From contig JAXLNO010000689.1 of the NCBI GenBank assembly GCA_038087875.1, forward strand, positions 1-64,000: a DNA stretch of 64,000 bases, given 5' to 3'. Shown here one piece after another: positions 1-12,064 of this stretch. Each line of letters opens with the position of its first letter. Within the stretch, counting starts at the first letter, position 1. Made by a program: the position numbers and the translations under genes. The DNA comes from Malacoraja senta. Taxonomy: Eukaryota. Below the pieces are notes generated by a model, which was not told where the DNA came from, made no database searches, and saw only the letters and a program-made list of their open reading frames with translations.

Positions 1-146
1 GCTCAACTGAAATATAGGCACCTCCGAATTACACTTCTGCTTCTCAAATTGTATATTAAAATATATCATATTATGGTCACTATCTCCTAATGGCTCCTTT
101 ACCACGAGTTCCCTAATCAAATTGGTTCATTGCACAACACTAAATC
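1..146 (-). mobile_element. CR1-type LINE fragment (end of AP-endonuclease domain)
   Basis: Minus strand reads DLVLCNEPNLIRELVVKEPLGDSDHNMI, matching the endonuclease C-terminus of the CR1 copies at 7240-8052 and 50472-51008. Confidence 0.6.
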
Positions 147-274
147 GCACACCAGTGAGCAACGATTCGCTGACATTTGAGCTGCCCCCTGATTTCGCCT
201 TGTAGAAGGTGATTGCATTCAAGCCCCGCCAGTTGCCGAACATCCGTCTCATCCTCCAGCTTCAGGTTCATTAT

Positions 275-607
275 GGAAGATTCAAACAAGGGGTCATGAC
301 TTGAGAATAAAGGGACATAAGTTTAGGGGTAACATTAGGGGGAACTTCTTTACTCTGAGAATGGTAGCTGTGTGGAATGAGCTTCCAGTGGAAGTGGTGG
401 AGGCAGTTTCGATGTTATCCTTTAAAAATAAATTGGATGGGTATATGGACGGGAAAGGAATGGAGGGTTATGGTCTGAGTGCAGGAAGATGGGACTAGGT
501 GGAAGTAATAACATTAAAAAAAAATTAAAATTAAAAAAAAAGTGTTCGGCACGGACTTGAAGGGCCGAGATGGCCTGTTTGCGTTCTATATGGTTATATG
601 GTTATTG
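275..607 (+). mobile_element. CR1 LINE 3' end, 5'-truncated
   Basis: ORF 301-498 (RGNFFT..VAVWNELP..EGYG) is the CR1 ORF2 C-terminus and is followed by a (TATATGGT)n tail. Near-identical to 60849-61283. Confidence 0.85.
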
Positions 608-1244
608 GAGCAGAAGTCCATTTTTGGCCTTTTTGATGACCTTACCAAGATCGTATCTTGACTTCTTGATGGCTTTCTGTGTAATCTGTGTTGATCCTCT
701 GTGTGAATTACATGCTCTGCACGTCTGCTTTAACTTCGGCCCTCTCGTTTTAAACTCTGTCCACAAGCACCTGATATCTCCATCCTTTTCTCCATCCTTT
801 TCTCCAGCAATTTCTCAATTACATTTTATGGTGGCGCATTATTTTGTCTTTTGACTATTAATGTTTGTTTTTTGTATATTCTGAATTATATTGTTGCCGT
901 TTGTTATGGTGTATGCAGAGTACTACGTTTACATATCTGTGTTTCTGCTGTAAAAAAATATGTTTTGGAACATAGGACAATAAAACACCTTTGGCTCATC
1001 TCTTTGGACTAGTTTCTGCCCGACGACAGCTAATATGCCCTAATCCAGGTATCATCGATGGGAATCTCGTTTGCACCCACTCCAGAGCCTCCATATCCTT
1101 CCAGAAACGGCAGATCAGTCCAAATGTGGCCTGACAAAGCCACATCGCGACGTCCTGACATTAATATTCAATGCTTCGACCAATGAAGGCGCGTATATCA
1201 GATCTCATTATTATCTCTTATCTGTTGCCAGTTTCAGGGAGAAA

Positions 1245-1354
1245 TGTTATGATATGTGTAATGTGCCTTTAACGACTTCATAATGTCTACGCATGCGCGG
1301 GGGTTCCAGGCATTCGTAGGAGTTTTACTTACTGAAATAGCTTGTCCTTGAATA
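1245..1354 (+). repeat. 5' LTR (110 bp)
   Basis: TGTTATGATATG...CTTGAATA, a direct repeat of 10369-10478. The terminal CA has decayed to TA. Confidence 0.9.
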
Positions 1355-1369
1355 TGGTGTCAGCGGTGG
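1355..1369 (+). promoter_or_regulatory. Primer-binding site (tRNA-Leu-like)
   Basis: TGGTGTCAGCGGTGG lies immediately after the 5' LTR and resembles the complement of the tRNA-Leu 3' end (TGGTGTCAG-A/G-AGTGGG). Confidence 0.7.
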
Positions 1370-1499
1370 TGCCTTAAAGAATCATTTTCTGCCACAACCT
1401 GAACGTCCCGGCTGTAATAGGTAGCAGCTAAGGACTAGTGAAACTGTCAAGCGCCAAACGATTGGTGTGTGAGCAGAATTTAAGGCACGGAGAATATTA

Positions 1500-1912
1500 A
1501 AACATCCGGAAAATGACAAGGCTACCCGAAGGATTGGGCAGATGGCCGCTCTGCAGCAAGCCGAATCGAGTGCGGACGAGGAGATGGGCGACCAGCTACT
1601 TACGCAGACGGCCACCAGTAGCACTCCGCAGCACGCTGCCGGTCTGCCTCCCGTGAGCGGTATACGACACAATACCCGCACAAGCAAAGCAAGCGGTCGA
1701 AACCTAAGAAAAGTCAAGGCAAGCAGAATCAAGAAGCGAAAGCGTGCATGTATGATGTCAAGGAGCATGCAATGGACAAACAGCAATGTCCAGCCTACGG
1801 ACAGACGTGTAGGGCATGTGGCAGTCGCAACTACTTTGCCAAAGTGTGCAGACAGAAGAAAGTGCACAAAGTGGACGACCAGGCCGGAGGTAACACGAGA
1901 ATTTAGTTCATT
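1500..1912 (+). pseudogene. Gypsy gag remnant
   Basis: Positions 1787-1852 translate to CPAYGQTCRACGSRNYFAKVCR, a Gypsy gag zinc-knuckle motif with the conserved His replaced by Tyr. Confidence 0.75.
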
Positions 1913-4900
1913 GATCGTATCACGCTCACAATTCGACGAGAGAGGGACTCATAAACATTAGACATACAGTACTTCCAAACATCGTTCCGGATCTCTCTCA
2001 CTCGCTGGATTATTTGGATGTACTCGTCGGCGAGGCTGTGGCTGAGTTGAAGGTCTTGAAAGGGAGGAGGACTCTGGAGTGCCCTGGACCACTCACCCGA
2101 CTCCGGCGACGAGGATGTCGCTCACCACTTCCGAGCATATTCCTGGCAAACGTGCGTTCTCTCAATACAAAAAGTACACGAACTGCAACTCCTGCGCCGG
2201 AAAAACAAGGACTTCTCTCGAGCCGCTGCACGGTGCTTCACCGAGACGTGGCTGTGTGAATCGACCCCGGACAGCGCGCTGCAACTGGCTGGCTTCCAAC
2301 TTCACAGAGCGGAGCGCGGAGTGGAGACAGCGGGGAAATCAAGAAGCGGTGGAATATGCTTCTACACCAACCAGGACTGGTGCAGCGACATCACGGTACT
2401 GTCAACTTTCTGCTCTCCCAAGCTAGAATCCTTCTTTATAAACTGCAAACCATTCTAGTCTCAGAGGGAATTTAACTCCTTTATTCTCGCTGTAGTTGAT
2501 ATTACCCCCAAAGCCTGCGTACGTGAGGCGCAAATGCAACTCGCTGACCAAGTAATGAGGGCAGAGAGTGACTTCCCGGACTCCGTGATCATAGTTTGGG
2601 GGAGCTTTAACAAAGCTAACCTCAGCCCTGACCTTCCAAAGTACAGACTTCAGGTTACCTGCCCCACCACAGGGGAGAGAAAACTCGATCATTGTCATAC
2701 GTCAATCAAGAAAGCACATCGCTCTGTTTCCCGGGCGGGTCTGGGTCTTTCTGATCATTGCCTAGTTTTTCTTATTCCGACCTACAGGCAAAAACTTAAA
2801 TCTGCTAAGCCGGTGGTCAGAACAAGGAGAAGGTTGACAAGCGAGGGCATTGAGAACCTACAATCCTGGTGGATTGCACGGATTGGAATGTGTTCCGGGA
2901 AGCAACCACAAGCCTCGATGTTTATACGGACATTGTATCATCATATGTCAGTTTTTGCGAGGACAGTTCCATTCCAACTAAGACCCGGACCTGGTCCAAC
3001 AACAAACCCTGGTTTACTGCGGCACTCAGACAGCTCCGAGAGTCTAAAGAGGAGGCCTACAGGAGCGGGGATGCAGACCTCTACAGGCAGGCCAAATACA
3101 AGCTGAGTAGAGGGATCAGAGCTGCCAAGGAAAGGTAGTCTGAGAAGTTGAGGAGCAAATTCTCAGCTCGTGACACTGGAAGGGCTTGCAAGAAATCACC
3201 AGCTACAAGAGGAAATCCCCCCGCTCTTTGATCAATCGTCAGCCGACCAGCGACCTGAATGAGTTCTACTGCAGGTTTGACAAGCGGAAACGTAACCCTG
3301 GTACCCCTCCCCCTCAACAACAAACACAGCCATACCCCAGTCTGCAAAGACTAGGCCGTTCTACAGCCATTCCTCCCCAATCCTCCCACTTCACACATAC
3401 TTAAAGCAAGACTCCAGTCTGAAAAGACTGGAACCTTTTCCGCCCCAACCAACAGTTCACACCCACTCACAGACTGACCTCAGTATGCAACGACTGGGCC
3501 CACTCCCACTCCCACACCCACTCCTCCCCATTCACTGCTTCACACCTACTTAAAGCAAGTCTCCAGTCTGAAAAGACGGGATCCGTTCCCACCCACACCT
3601 ATTTACCCACACCCTCCGTGCTGAACAATATCACTTCTCCATCATCAATAATAAAAATAGAAGAGGTGGAGAGGCTTTTCAGAAGACAGAAAAGTCGGAA
3701 ATCTCCAGGACCGGGCAGTGTTTCCCCCTCTACTCTCAAGCTCTGTGCTGAACAACTGGCATCGGTCTGAACAGACATATTAACCAGTCCTTGCAAACCT
3801 GTACTGCCCCTGCCTGCTTCAAAGTCTCCACTATTATCCATATACTCTAAAATGCAAGAATTACTGGTCTTAATGACTACAGGCCTGTCGCACTGACCTC
3901 TGTAGTCATGAAGACCCTTGACAGGCTTGTGCTGGCCAAGCTGAAAAATATCACGAACCCCGTGATGGACCCTATGCAGTTTGCATATCGTTCCAATAGA
4001 CATGTGGCAGACAACATGGGCCTGAACTTCATAGTTCAGCACCTAGACTGTCACGGGACATAGGCGAGGATTTTTTAAAATGATTTTAGCTCTGCATTCA
4101 ACACCATTGTGCCAGAGCTACTACACTCCAAACGTTCCGAGCTGACTGTGCCTGAACCTCTCTGTACGTGGATCACCAGCATCTTTTGACAGAAAGGAAG
4201 CAGCATGTGAGGTATGGAAAGCACATCTCGGACCCGCAAAACCCTCAGCATAGGATAACCGTAAGGCTGCGTACACTCTCCTTTCCTAAACTCTCTCTAC
4301 ACCAATGACTGCACCTCCACTGACTCCTCTGTCAAGCTTCTCAAGTTTGCGGACGCCACAACCCTCATTGGACTGATCCAGGATGTGGAGAAATAGGCCT
4401 ACGGACAGGAAGTGTCACAGCTGGCGTCCTGGTCCAATCGCAACAACCTGGAGCTCATGCTCGTAAGACAGTGGAATTGATTGTAGACTCTAGGAGAGCT
4501 CCCCTCCCCTCACCCCACTCACCATCAACAACACCACAGTCACATCTGTGGAGTATCTTAAGTTCCTGGGAACCATGATCTCCAAGGACCTTAACTGGGG
4601 GCAATGATATTCGAATTCTATACGGCCATCGTAGAGTCTGTCCTCACCTTCTCCATCATAGTCCGGTTTGGCTCAGCCACTAAGCACGACACCCGGAGGC
4701 TGCAGCCAATCGTCCGATCAGCTGAGAAGGTTATTGGCTGCAACCTTCCCTCCATTGACGAACTGTACACTGCAAGGGCCAGGAAACGAGCGGGTAAGAT
4801 CATCTCTGACCCCTCTCGCCCTGGCCACAAGCTCTTTGATTCAATTAACTCTGGATGGCGATTCCGGACTGTCAAAGCTGCCACAGCCAGACATAAAAAC

Positions 4901-5137
4901 AGTGTTTTTTCCACTATTAGGAGCTCTACTCAATAGCCAAAAGTTTGTAGCCTCCTTTTGCTCTGGTATTTTGTTTGGTTCACATGTTTGATCAATGGTG
5001 TATTATTATTAATGTTTAGTGTTTTATTTGTCATTCGTAACTGTCACTGTATGTCATGTTGTCACTTGTGAGCGGAGCACCAAGGCAAATTATTTGTATA
5101 TGAATACTTGGCAAATAAACGTGTTCATTCATTCATT
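1913..5137 (+). mobile_element. Rex1/Babar-type LINE, near full length, degenerate
   Basis: APE motifs PLPSIFLANVRSL and SDHCLVFLIP, NNKPWF, RT motifs [19 protein letters not shown] and KFADAT, then AATAAA and a (TTCA)n tail. Multiple frameshifts. Confidence 0.85.
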
Positions 5138-5402
5138 ACTGCAAACAATTAACACGGTGCGGCCTAGAGATGATATCTACGCATCGATGCTTGTCAATGG
5201 GAAGTAGGTCGACGTCCAAATGGACAGCGGAGCGAGCGTGAACATCTTGCCACGCAGATATTTACACGGCGTAGACCACACATTAGCCCCATGTCAAAAG
5301 AAGCTCATGTTGTGGAATAAGACTAAATTGGACGCGGAAAGAGTTTGCCGGGTTATGCTGCTCAACCCCAAGTTAAACCGCAAGTATTCTGTGGAATTCA
5401 TT
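5138..5402 (+). pseudogene. Gypsy aspartic protease remnant
   Basis: MLVNGK*VDVQMDSGASVNILP contains the DSG active-site motif. Confidence 0.8.
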
Positions 5403-8400
5403 ATAGATATATAGATACATAGAAAATAGGTGCAGGAGTAGGCCATTCGGCCCTTCGAGCCTGCACCGCCATTCAATATGATCATGGCTGATCATACAAC
5501 TCAGTATCCCGTACCTGCCTTCTCTCCATACCCCCTGATCCCTTTAGCCACAAGGGCCACATCTAACTCCCTCTTAAATATAGCCAATGAACTGGCCTCA
5601 ACTACCCTCTGTGGCAGAGAGTTCCAGAGATTCACCACTCTCTGTGTGAAAAAGTTTCTCCTCATCTCGGTCTTAAAGGATTTCCCCCTTATCCTTAAGC
5701 TGTGACCCCTTGTCCTGGACTTCCCCAACATCGGGAACAATCTTCCTGCATCTAGCCTGTCCAACCCCATAAGAATTTTGTACGTTTCTATAAGATCCCC
5801 TCTCAATCTCCTAAATTCTAGCGAGTATAAACCAAGTCTATCCAGTCTTTCTTCATATGAAAGTCCTGACATCCCAGGAATCAGTCTGCAGAACCTTCTC
5901 TGCACTTCCTCTATGGCTATAATGTCCTTCCTCAGATTTGGAGACCAAAACTGGACGCAATACCCCAGGTGTGGTCTCACCAAGACCCTGTACAACTGCA
6001 GTAGAACCTCCCTGCTCCTATACTCAAATCCTCTTGCTATGAAGGCCAACATACCATTCGCTTTCTTCACTGCCTGTTGCACCTGCATGCCTACTTTCAA
6101 TGACTGGTGTACCATGACACCCAGGTCTCGCTGCATCTCCCCATTTCCTAATCGGCCACCATTTAGATAATAGTCTGCCTTCCCGTTTTTGCCACCAAAG
6201 TGGATAACCTCACATTTATCCACATTATACTGCATCTGCCAAACATTTGCCCACTGACCCAGCCTATCCAAGTCACCTTGCAGTCTCCTAGCATCCTCCT
6301 CACAGCTAACACTGCCCCCCAGCTTAGTGTCATCCGCAAACTTGGAGATGTTGCTTTCAATTCCCTCGTCCAGATCATTAATATAAATTGTAAATAGCTG
6401 GGGTCCCAGCACTGAGCCTTGCGGTACCCCACTAGTCACTGCCTGCCGTTGTGAAAAGGACCCGTTTACTCCTACTCTTTGCTTCCTGTTTGCCAGCCAG
6501 TTTTCTATCCACATCAATACTGAACCCCCAATACCGTGTGATTTAAGTTTGTATCCTATCTCTTATGTGGCACCTTGTCGAAAGCCTTCTGAAAGTCCAG
6601 ATACAACATATCCACTGGTTCTCCCCTATCCACTCTACTAGTAACATCCTCGAAAAATTCTATAAGATTCGTCAGATACGATTTACCTTTCGTAAATCCA
6701 TGCTGACTTTGTCCAATGATTTCACCACTTTCCAAATGTGCTGCTATCCCATCTTTAATAACTGACTCTAGCAGTTTCCCCACTACCGATGTTAGACTAA
6801 CTGGTCTGTAATTCCCCGTTTTCTCTCTCCCTCCCTTCTTAAAAAATGGGGTTACGTTTGCTACCCTCCAATCCTCAGGAACTACTCCAGAATCTAAAGA
6901 GTTTTGAAAAATTATCACTAATGCATCCACTATTTCTGGAGCTACTTCCTTAAGTACTCTGGGATGCAGCCTATCTGGCCCTGGTGATTTATCGGCCTTT
7001 AATCCATTCAATTTACCCAACACCACTTCCCGACTAACCTGGATTTCACTCAGTCCCTCCATCTCCTTTGACCCGCGGCCCCCTGCTATTTCCGGCAGAT
7101 TATTTATGTCTTCCTCAGTGAAGACGGAAACAAAGTAGTTGTTCAATTGGTCCGCCATATCCTTGTTCCCCATGATCAATTCACCTGTTTCTGACTGCAA
7201 GGGACCTACATTTGTTTTAACTGATCTCTTTCTCTTCACTTATCCATAAAAAATTTTGCAGTCAGTTTTTATGTTCCCTGCCAGTTTCCTTTCATAATCT
7301 ATTTTCCCTTTCCTAATTAAGCCCTTTGTCCTCCTCTGCTGGTCTCTGAATTTCTCCCAGTCCTCTGGTATGCTGCTTTTACTGGCTAATATGTACGCAT
7401 CATCTTTTGCTTTGATACTATCCCTGATTTCCCTTGTTATCCACGGATGCACTACGTTCCCTGATTTATTCTTTTGCCAAATTGGGATGAACAATTGTTG
7501 TAGTTTATCCATGCAGTCTTTATATGCCTTCCATTGCATATCCACCGTCAACTCTTTAAGAATCAATTGACAGTGTATCTTGGCCAATTCACGTCTCATA
7601 CCCTCAAAGTTACCTTTCTTTAAGTTCCGAACCCTTGTTTCTGAATTGACTATGTCACTCTCCATCCTAACGAAGAACTCAACCATATTATGGTCACTCT
7701 TGCCCAAGGGGCCACACACAACAATACTGCTAACTAACCCTTCTTCATTACTCAATACCCAGTCAAGAATAGCCTGCTCTCCCGTTGGTTCCTCTACATG
7801 TTGGTTTAGAAAACTATCCCGCATACATTCAAAGAAATCCTCTTCCTCAGCACCCCTGCCAATTTGATTCACCCTATCTATATGTAGACTGAAGTCACCC
7901 ATTATAACTGTTTTACCTTTGTTGCACGCATTTCTAATATACTGTTTGATGCCAACCCCAACTCCACTACTACTGTTAGGTGGCCTGTACACAACTCCCA
8001 CTAGCGTTTTCTGCCCCTTAGTGTTTCGCAGCTCAACTTTAATCGATTCCACATCCTACAAGCTAATGTCCTTCCTGTCTATTTCGTTAAACTCCTCTCT
8101 AACTAGCAGCGCTACCACACCTCCTTTTCCTTTCTGTCTATCCCTCCTGAATATTGAACATCCCTGGATGTTCAGCTCCAGCCTTGGTCACCCTGGGGCC
8201 ATGTCTCCGTGATCCCAACTATATCATATTCATTAACAACTATCTGCACGTTCAACTCATCCACCTTATTACGAATGCTCCTTGCGTTGAGACACAAAGC
8301 CTTCAGGCTTGTTTTTACAACACTCTTTCCCCTTATACACTTATGTTGAAAAGTGGCTCTTTTTGATTTTTGCCCTGGATTTGTCTGTCCGCCACTTTTA

Positions 8401-8537
8401 CTTTTCACCTTGCTACCTGTTGCTTCTAACTTCATTTTGCACCCCTCTGTCTCTCTGCAAATGCTCCCACCCCCCTGCCACATTAGATTAAATCCTCCCA
8501 GACAGCACTAGAAAACACCCCCCAAGGACATTGGTTC
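5403..8537 (-). mobile_element. CR1 (HER1-like) LINE: near-complete ORF2 plus end of ORF1
   Basis: ORFs 7240-8052 (endonuclease: VYRPP, MGDF, SDHN), 6556-7239 (NYRPVSLTS, QHGF, DFQKAFDKV) and 5501-6517 (GVPQGSVLGP, FADD). 8-bp repeat tail at 5403-5425. Confidence 0.95.
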
Positions 8538-10190
8538 AATTCCATATGCGAGCAGAGCTATAACTTACACCGAATCGCGATATGCCTCCATTGAGAAGGG
8601 GATGCTCGCCGAGGTATTTGCAACGCAGAGTTCCCATCTGTATACATCTGGTCGTTTCATCAGCGTGATATGCGATCACAAGCCGGTGGAAATGATAGCA
8701 AAGAAGCCGCAAGTGAAATTGCCGAAGCGTCTTCAATGAATGCTACTCCGCCTGCAGAGCTATGATTTCGACATCGGCTACTGTCAGGGGAACCTCATTT
8801 ACCTTGCGGATACACTGTCGCGTGCAGTTAGTGATACTTGGAGCAGAGAGCAAGCATTCGAGGAGGTAAACATGGTATCACACTTGCCAATTCGAGACGA
8901 GCGTCTCGAGCAAATTCGCGATGAAACAGCGAAAGAAGACACACTACAGATGCTGAAACTTGTCATCAATAGTGGTTGGTCTATTGAACGAGATAGGCTA
9001 ACAGTGCAGCTCAGGCCTCATTACAGCTATAGGGATGAGCTCGCAGTCCAAGATGGTTTGATCTTCAAGGGCGAGCGCCTGATCATACCGATAAGATTAT
9101 GAAGAGACACGAAAGAAAATATACACTCTTCACATCTAAGCCTATTCTGACCTGGCGACATCAAGCCGTACATTGCTACATGTGATGTACCTATGAGGTG
9201 AGCCTGCAAAAAGAATCACTCATGAGGCATGAGCTACCGGCAAGGCCATGGAAGAAATTCGGCACAGATCTCTTTACATGGGACTGGAAATATTATCTCG
9301 TCACCGTAGACTACCATAGCAACTGTTTGGACACGAGCAGTCCAACCGTGATTCGCAAGTTCAAAGGTCATATCGCGAGATACGGCAGCTCCACACAAGT
9401 TGTGTGCGATAACGGGCCGTAGTATACATCCGTCGCATTTCGCCAGTTCGCGAGGCAATCGGATTTTGAGCACCTGTGCAGCAGTCCCGGTAATAGCAAT
9501 TTGAACGGGAAATTAGAATCAGCCTTCAAAACAGCGAAGCGAATCATGACGAAGAGCAGCAAATCACGATCCGACCCCTACCTGGAGATGTTGGCTCATC
9601 GTAATACGCCTTCACAAGGGCTGAGCACAAGTCCCGCTCAGCGCCTCATGAATCATCGCACGCGTACACTTCTGCCGACGACAGAGAGAATACTTGAACC
9701 AAGACTTGTGTACGAACATGATCGCATGAAGCAGCGCGTTCAGCAGCAAGCTGGGAATTACAATCAGTAAGCTAAAGACATTTCCACACTTCATGAGGGC
9801 GACACAGTGCGAATGCAACCCCTCGTACAAGGAAAGAAGAGTTGGGAGACAGCCATCGTTTCTCGCCAGTTTGACGAGCGTTCATATATGGTTCAGAGCC
9901 CATCTGGCATTTTCCGTCGCAATCGCGTACATCTCCGCAAGATCTGAGAAAATCCACCAGACGAGCAAGCGAAGCACGGCCAGACCATCAAAGACCAGGG
10001 CGAATCTATTACAGCGACCACAAATAACGCGACACAGCCGTTGAAACAGCAGCCACCGCCTACTGAAGAAAAAAACAGCCACTGAGCGAACTGACAAAAA
10101 CAAGGGCATTGACATAAACGAAACAGTGAGGACTCTCTCAGGTCGAGCTGTGAGACCGCCTAAGTATTTTGGAGGCTATGTGACCCATTG
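8538..10190 (+). pseudogene. Gypsy RNase H / integrase remnant
   Basis: Motifs YASRA..TESRYASIEK, LADTLSRA, RDELAVQDGLIFKGERLIIP, RPWKKFGTDLF, CDNGP, NGKLES, SPAQRLM and C-terminal TLSGRAVRPP. Confidence 0.85.
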
Positions 10191-10354
10191 ATTTAGTTTT
10201 TATCAATTGTTATGTCTGTATGTGATTGCAAGTATGATAAAAACAAGTTTATGTAAATAAGATAATGAAGGAAAGGAAATTTTACTTTAGAAAAAGTGTG
10301 ATTTTCTCACTTGGACAGATATATACATTTTACAGCTGTACGTTGTTCTCTTTT

Positions 10355-10478
10355 GGAAAAAGAGGGAATGTTATGATATGGGTAATGTGCCTTTAACGAG
10401 TTAATAAAGTCCACGCATGCGCTGGGGTTCCAGGCATGCGTAGGAGTTTTACTTACTGGAATATATTGTCCTTGAACA
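10355..10478 (+). repeat. Polypurine tract and 3' LTR
   Basis: GGAAAAAGAGGGAA (10355-10368) is directly followed by a TG...CA 110-bp LTR (10369-10478). Confidence 0.9.
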
Positions 10479-10564
10479 GATCTATTATACCACTGTGCAT
10501 TATTGTTATTAAGTCTGAGGTGTCGCACTTTGTGAATAATATATGCAGTAATTGCAATAAACAC

Positions 10565-11200
10565 AAAGATCATTGTCAAGGCTCCCGCAATCTCCTCTCT
10601 TGCCTCCCTCAACAACCTGCCATCGATCCCATCAGGTCTTGGGGATTTAGCCACCATAATGCTCTTCAATACCCCCAACATCTCCTCCTTCTTAATCTCA
10701 AACTGCTGTTCCATATTAACATTCTCCATACTGATCTCACTCTTCTTGCTGTCATAATTCGTGGTGAAGACAAATGCAAAACATTCTTCTATGACTTGCC
10801 AACATCCTCTGATTCGAACCACAAATTTCTTCGAAAACCATTGAGCAGCCCTACATTCAAGTGTTCTTAATGTCCGCATAAAAAGTCTTCTGATGTTTTT
10901 AAATCTCACTGAACAAAGCCACACACTGGCCCATTTTAGATTTCCTAATTTCCAGCTTGAATTATTTCCACCTTCTTTTATGATCCACAAATGTCCAAAA
11001 TATTGTCTGGCTTCATTTTGTTAAACCTTGCGTGCACTGCGTTTAGCTTTTTGACTTAATTTACCTCTTTAATCAGTCAAGGTTCCCTAAACTTACTATT
11101 CCCATCCGTCCCGCTTACGGGAACATGACAGTCATGAAACTTATTCAATTGGCCTTTAAACCACACCAACAAGTCAGTTGTGGACATAACCAATAACAAC
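10565..11200 (-). mobile_element. Old CR1 ORF2 fragment
   Basis: KSPRPDGIDGRLLREAREEIAGALTMIF, the CR1 pre-RT region. Confidence 0.7.
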
Positions 11201-11204
11201 TTTT

Positions 11205-11805
11205 CCGAACACGTATGGAAGTTGAGAGGTCATGTTGCAGTTATGTAAGGCGTTCGTTAGGCTACATTTAGAATATTGTGTTCTGATCTCTGCATTATGT
11301 TATGGAAAGATGTTGCGAGGCTTGAACGCGTGCAGAGGTGGTTTACGAAAATGTTGCCAGGTCTCGAGGCGCCTTTGTTCCAGGGATAGGTTGACCAAGC
11401 TAAGTCTCTATTGCTCGAAGCACAGAAGGATGAGTGGTGATCCATATAGAGGTGTACACATTCTTGAAAGCTATAGATTGGTTAGACGAACAAATTATCT
11501 TGCCCAGAGGAGGGGGGTCCAGAACCAGATGACATAGGTTTAACGTGAGAAGGGAAGGATATAATTGGACCATGAAGGATATGTTTTCACACAAATGGTG
11601 GTGGGTGTACAGAACGAGCTGTCAGAGAAGGTTGTTGAGGCGGAGACTATCGCAACGTTTATGAAACATTTAAACAGGTACAGGAATAGGACACGTATAG
11701 AGGGATATAGACCAAATGCACGCAATTGAGTCTGGTGTAGATAGGACATGTTGGTCGGTGTGGGAAAGTTGGGCATATTATCTGTTTCAACTTTGTATGG
11801 CTATG
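11205..11805 (+). mobile_element. Old CR1 3' fragment
   Basis: MLQLCKAFVRLHLEYCV followed by a degenerate CR1 C-terminus and 3' UTR. Confidence 0.7.
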
Positions 11806-12064
11806 AACACCACCACCCCCGTCCCCTCACCCTGTTTTAAAACTCCGCTTTGTCTTCCCCCGGGCGGAATCTTTCTAGGGATGTTCTTTATGTTCTCTGG
11901 ATGTTTTTACTTATGGATGCATGACTTATGTCCTCTGCCAATTGCCATTTCCCCCCATTAATGCTCTAACTCCATTAGCTCTATAATCATTTTCTTACCG
12001 TTGTGGGGTCTGGATTATTATGCGGGCACTTACCTTCATCACAACCACCTCTGGTGGGAAGCAA

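Larger units (their letters stand above)
1245..10478 (+). mobile_element. Decayed Ty3/Gypsy LTR retrotransposon with two nested LINEs
   Basis: Paired 110-bp LTRs, PBS and PPT, with gag zinc knuckle, protease, RNase H and integrase remnants in Gypsy order. Confidence 0.9.

Noticed and set aside
1239..10484. Target-site duplication for the Gypsy element
   Set aside because: The flanks GAGAAA and GATCTA do not match.
10307..10990. 227-aa ORF as a host gene
   Set aside because: Chance read-through from a CR1 fragment into the antisense LTR.
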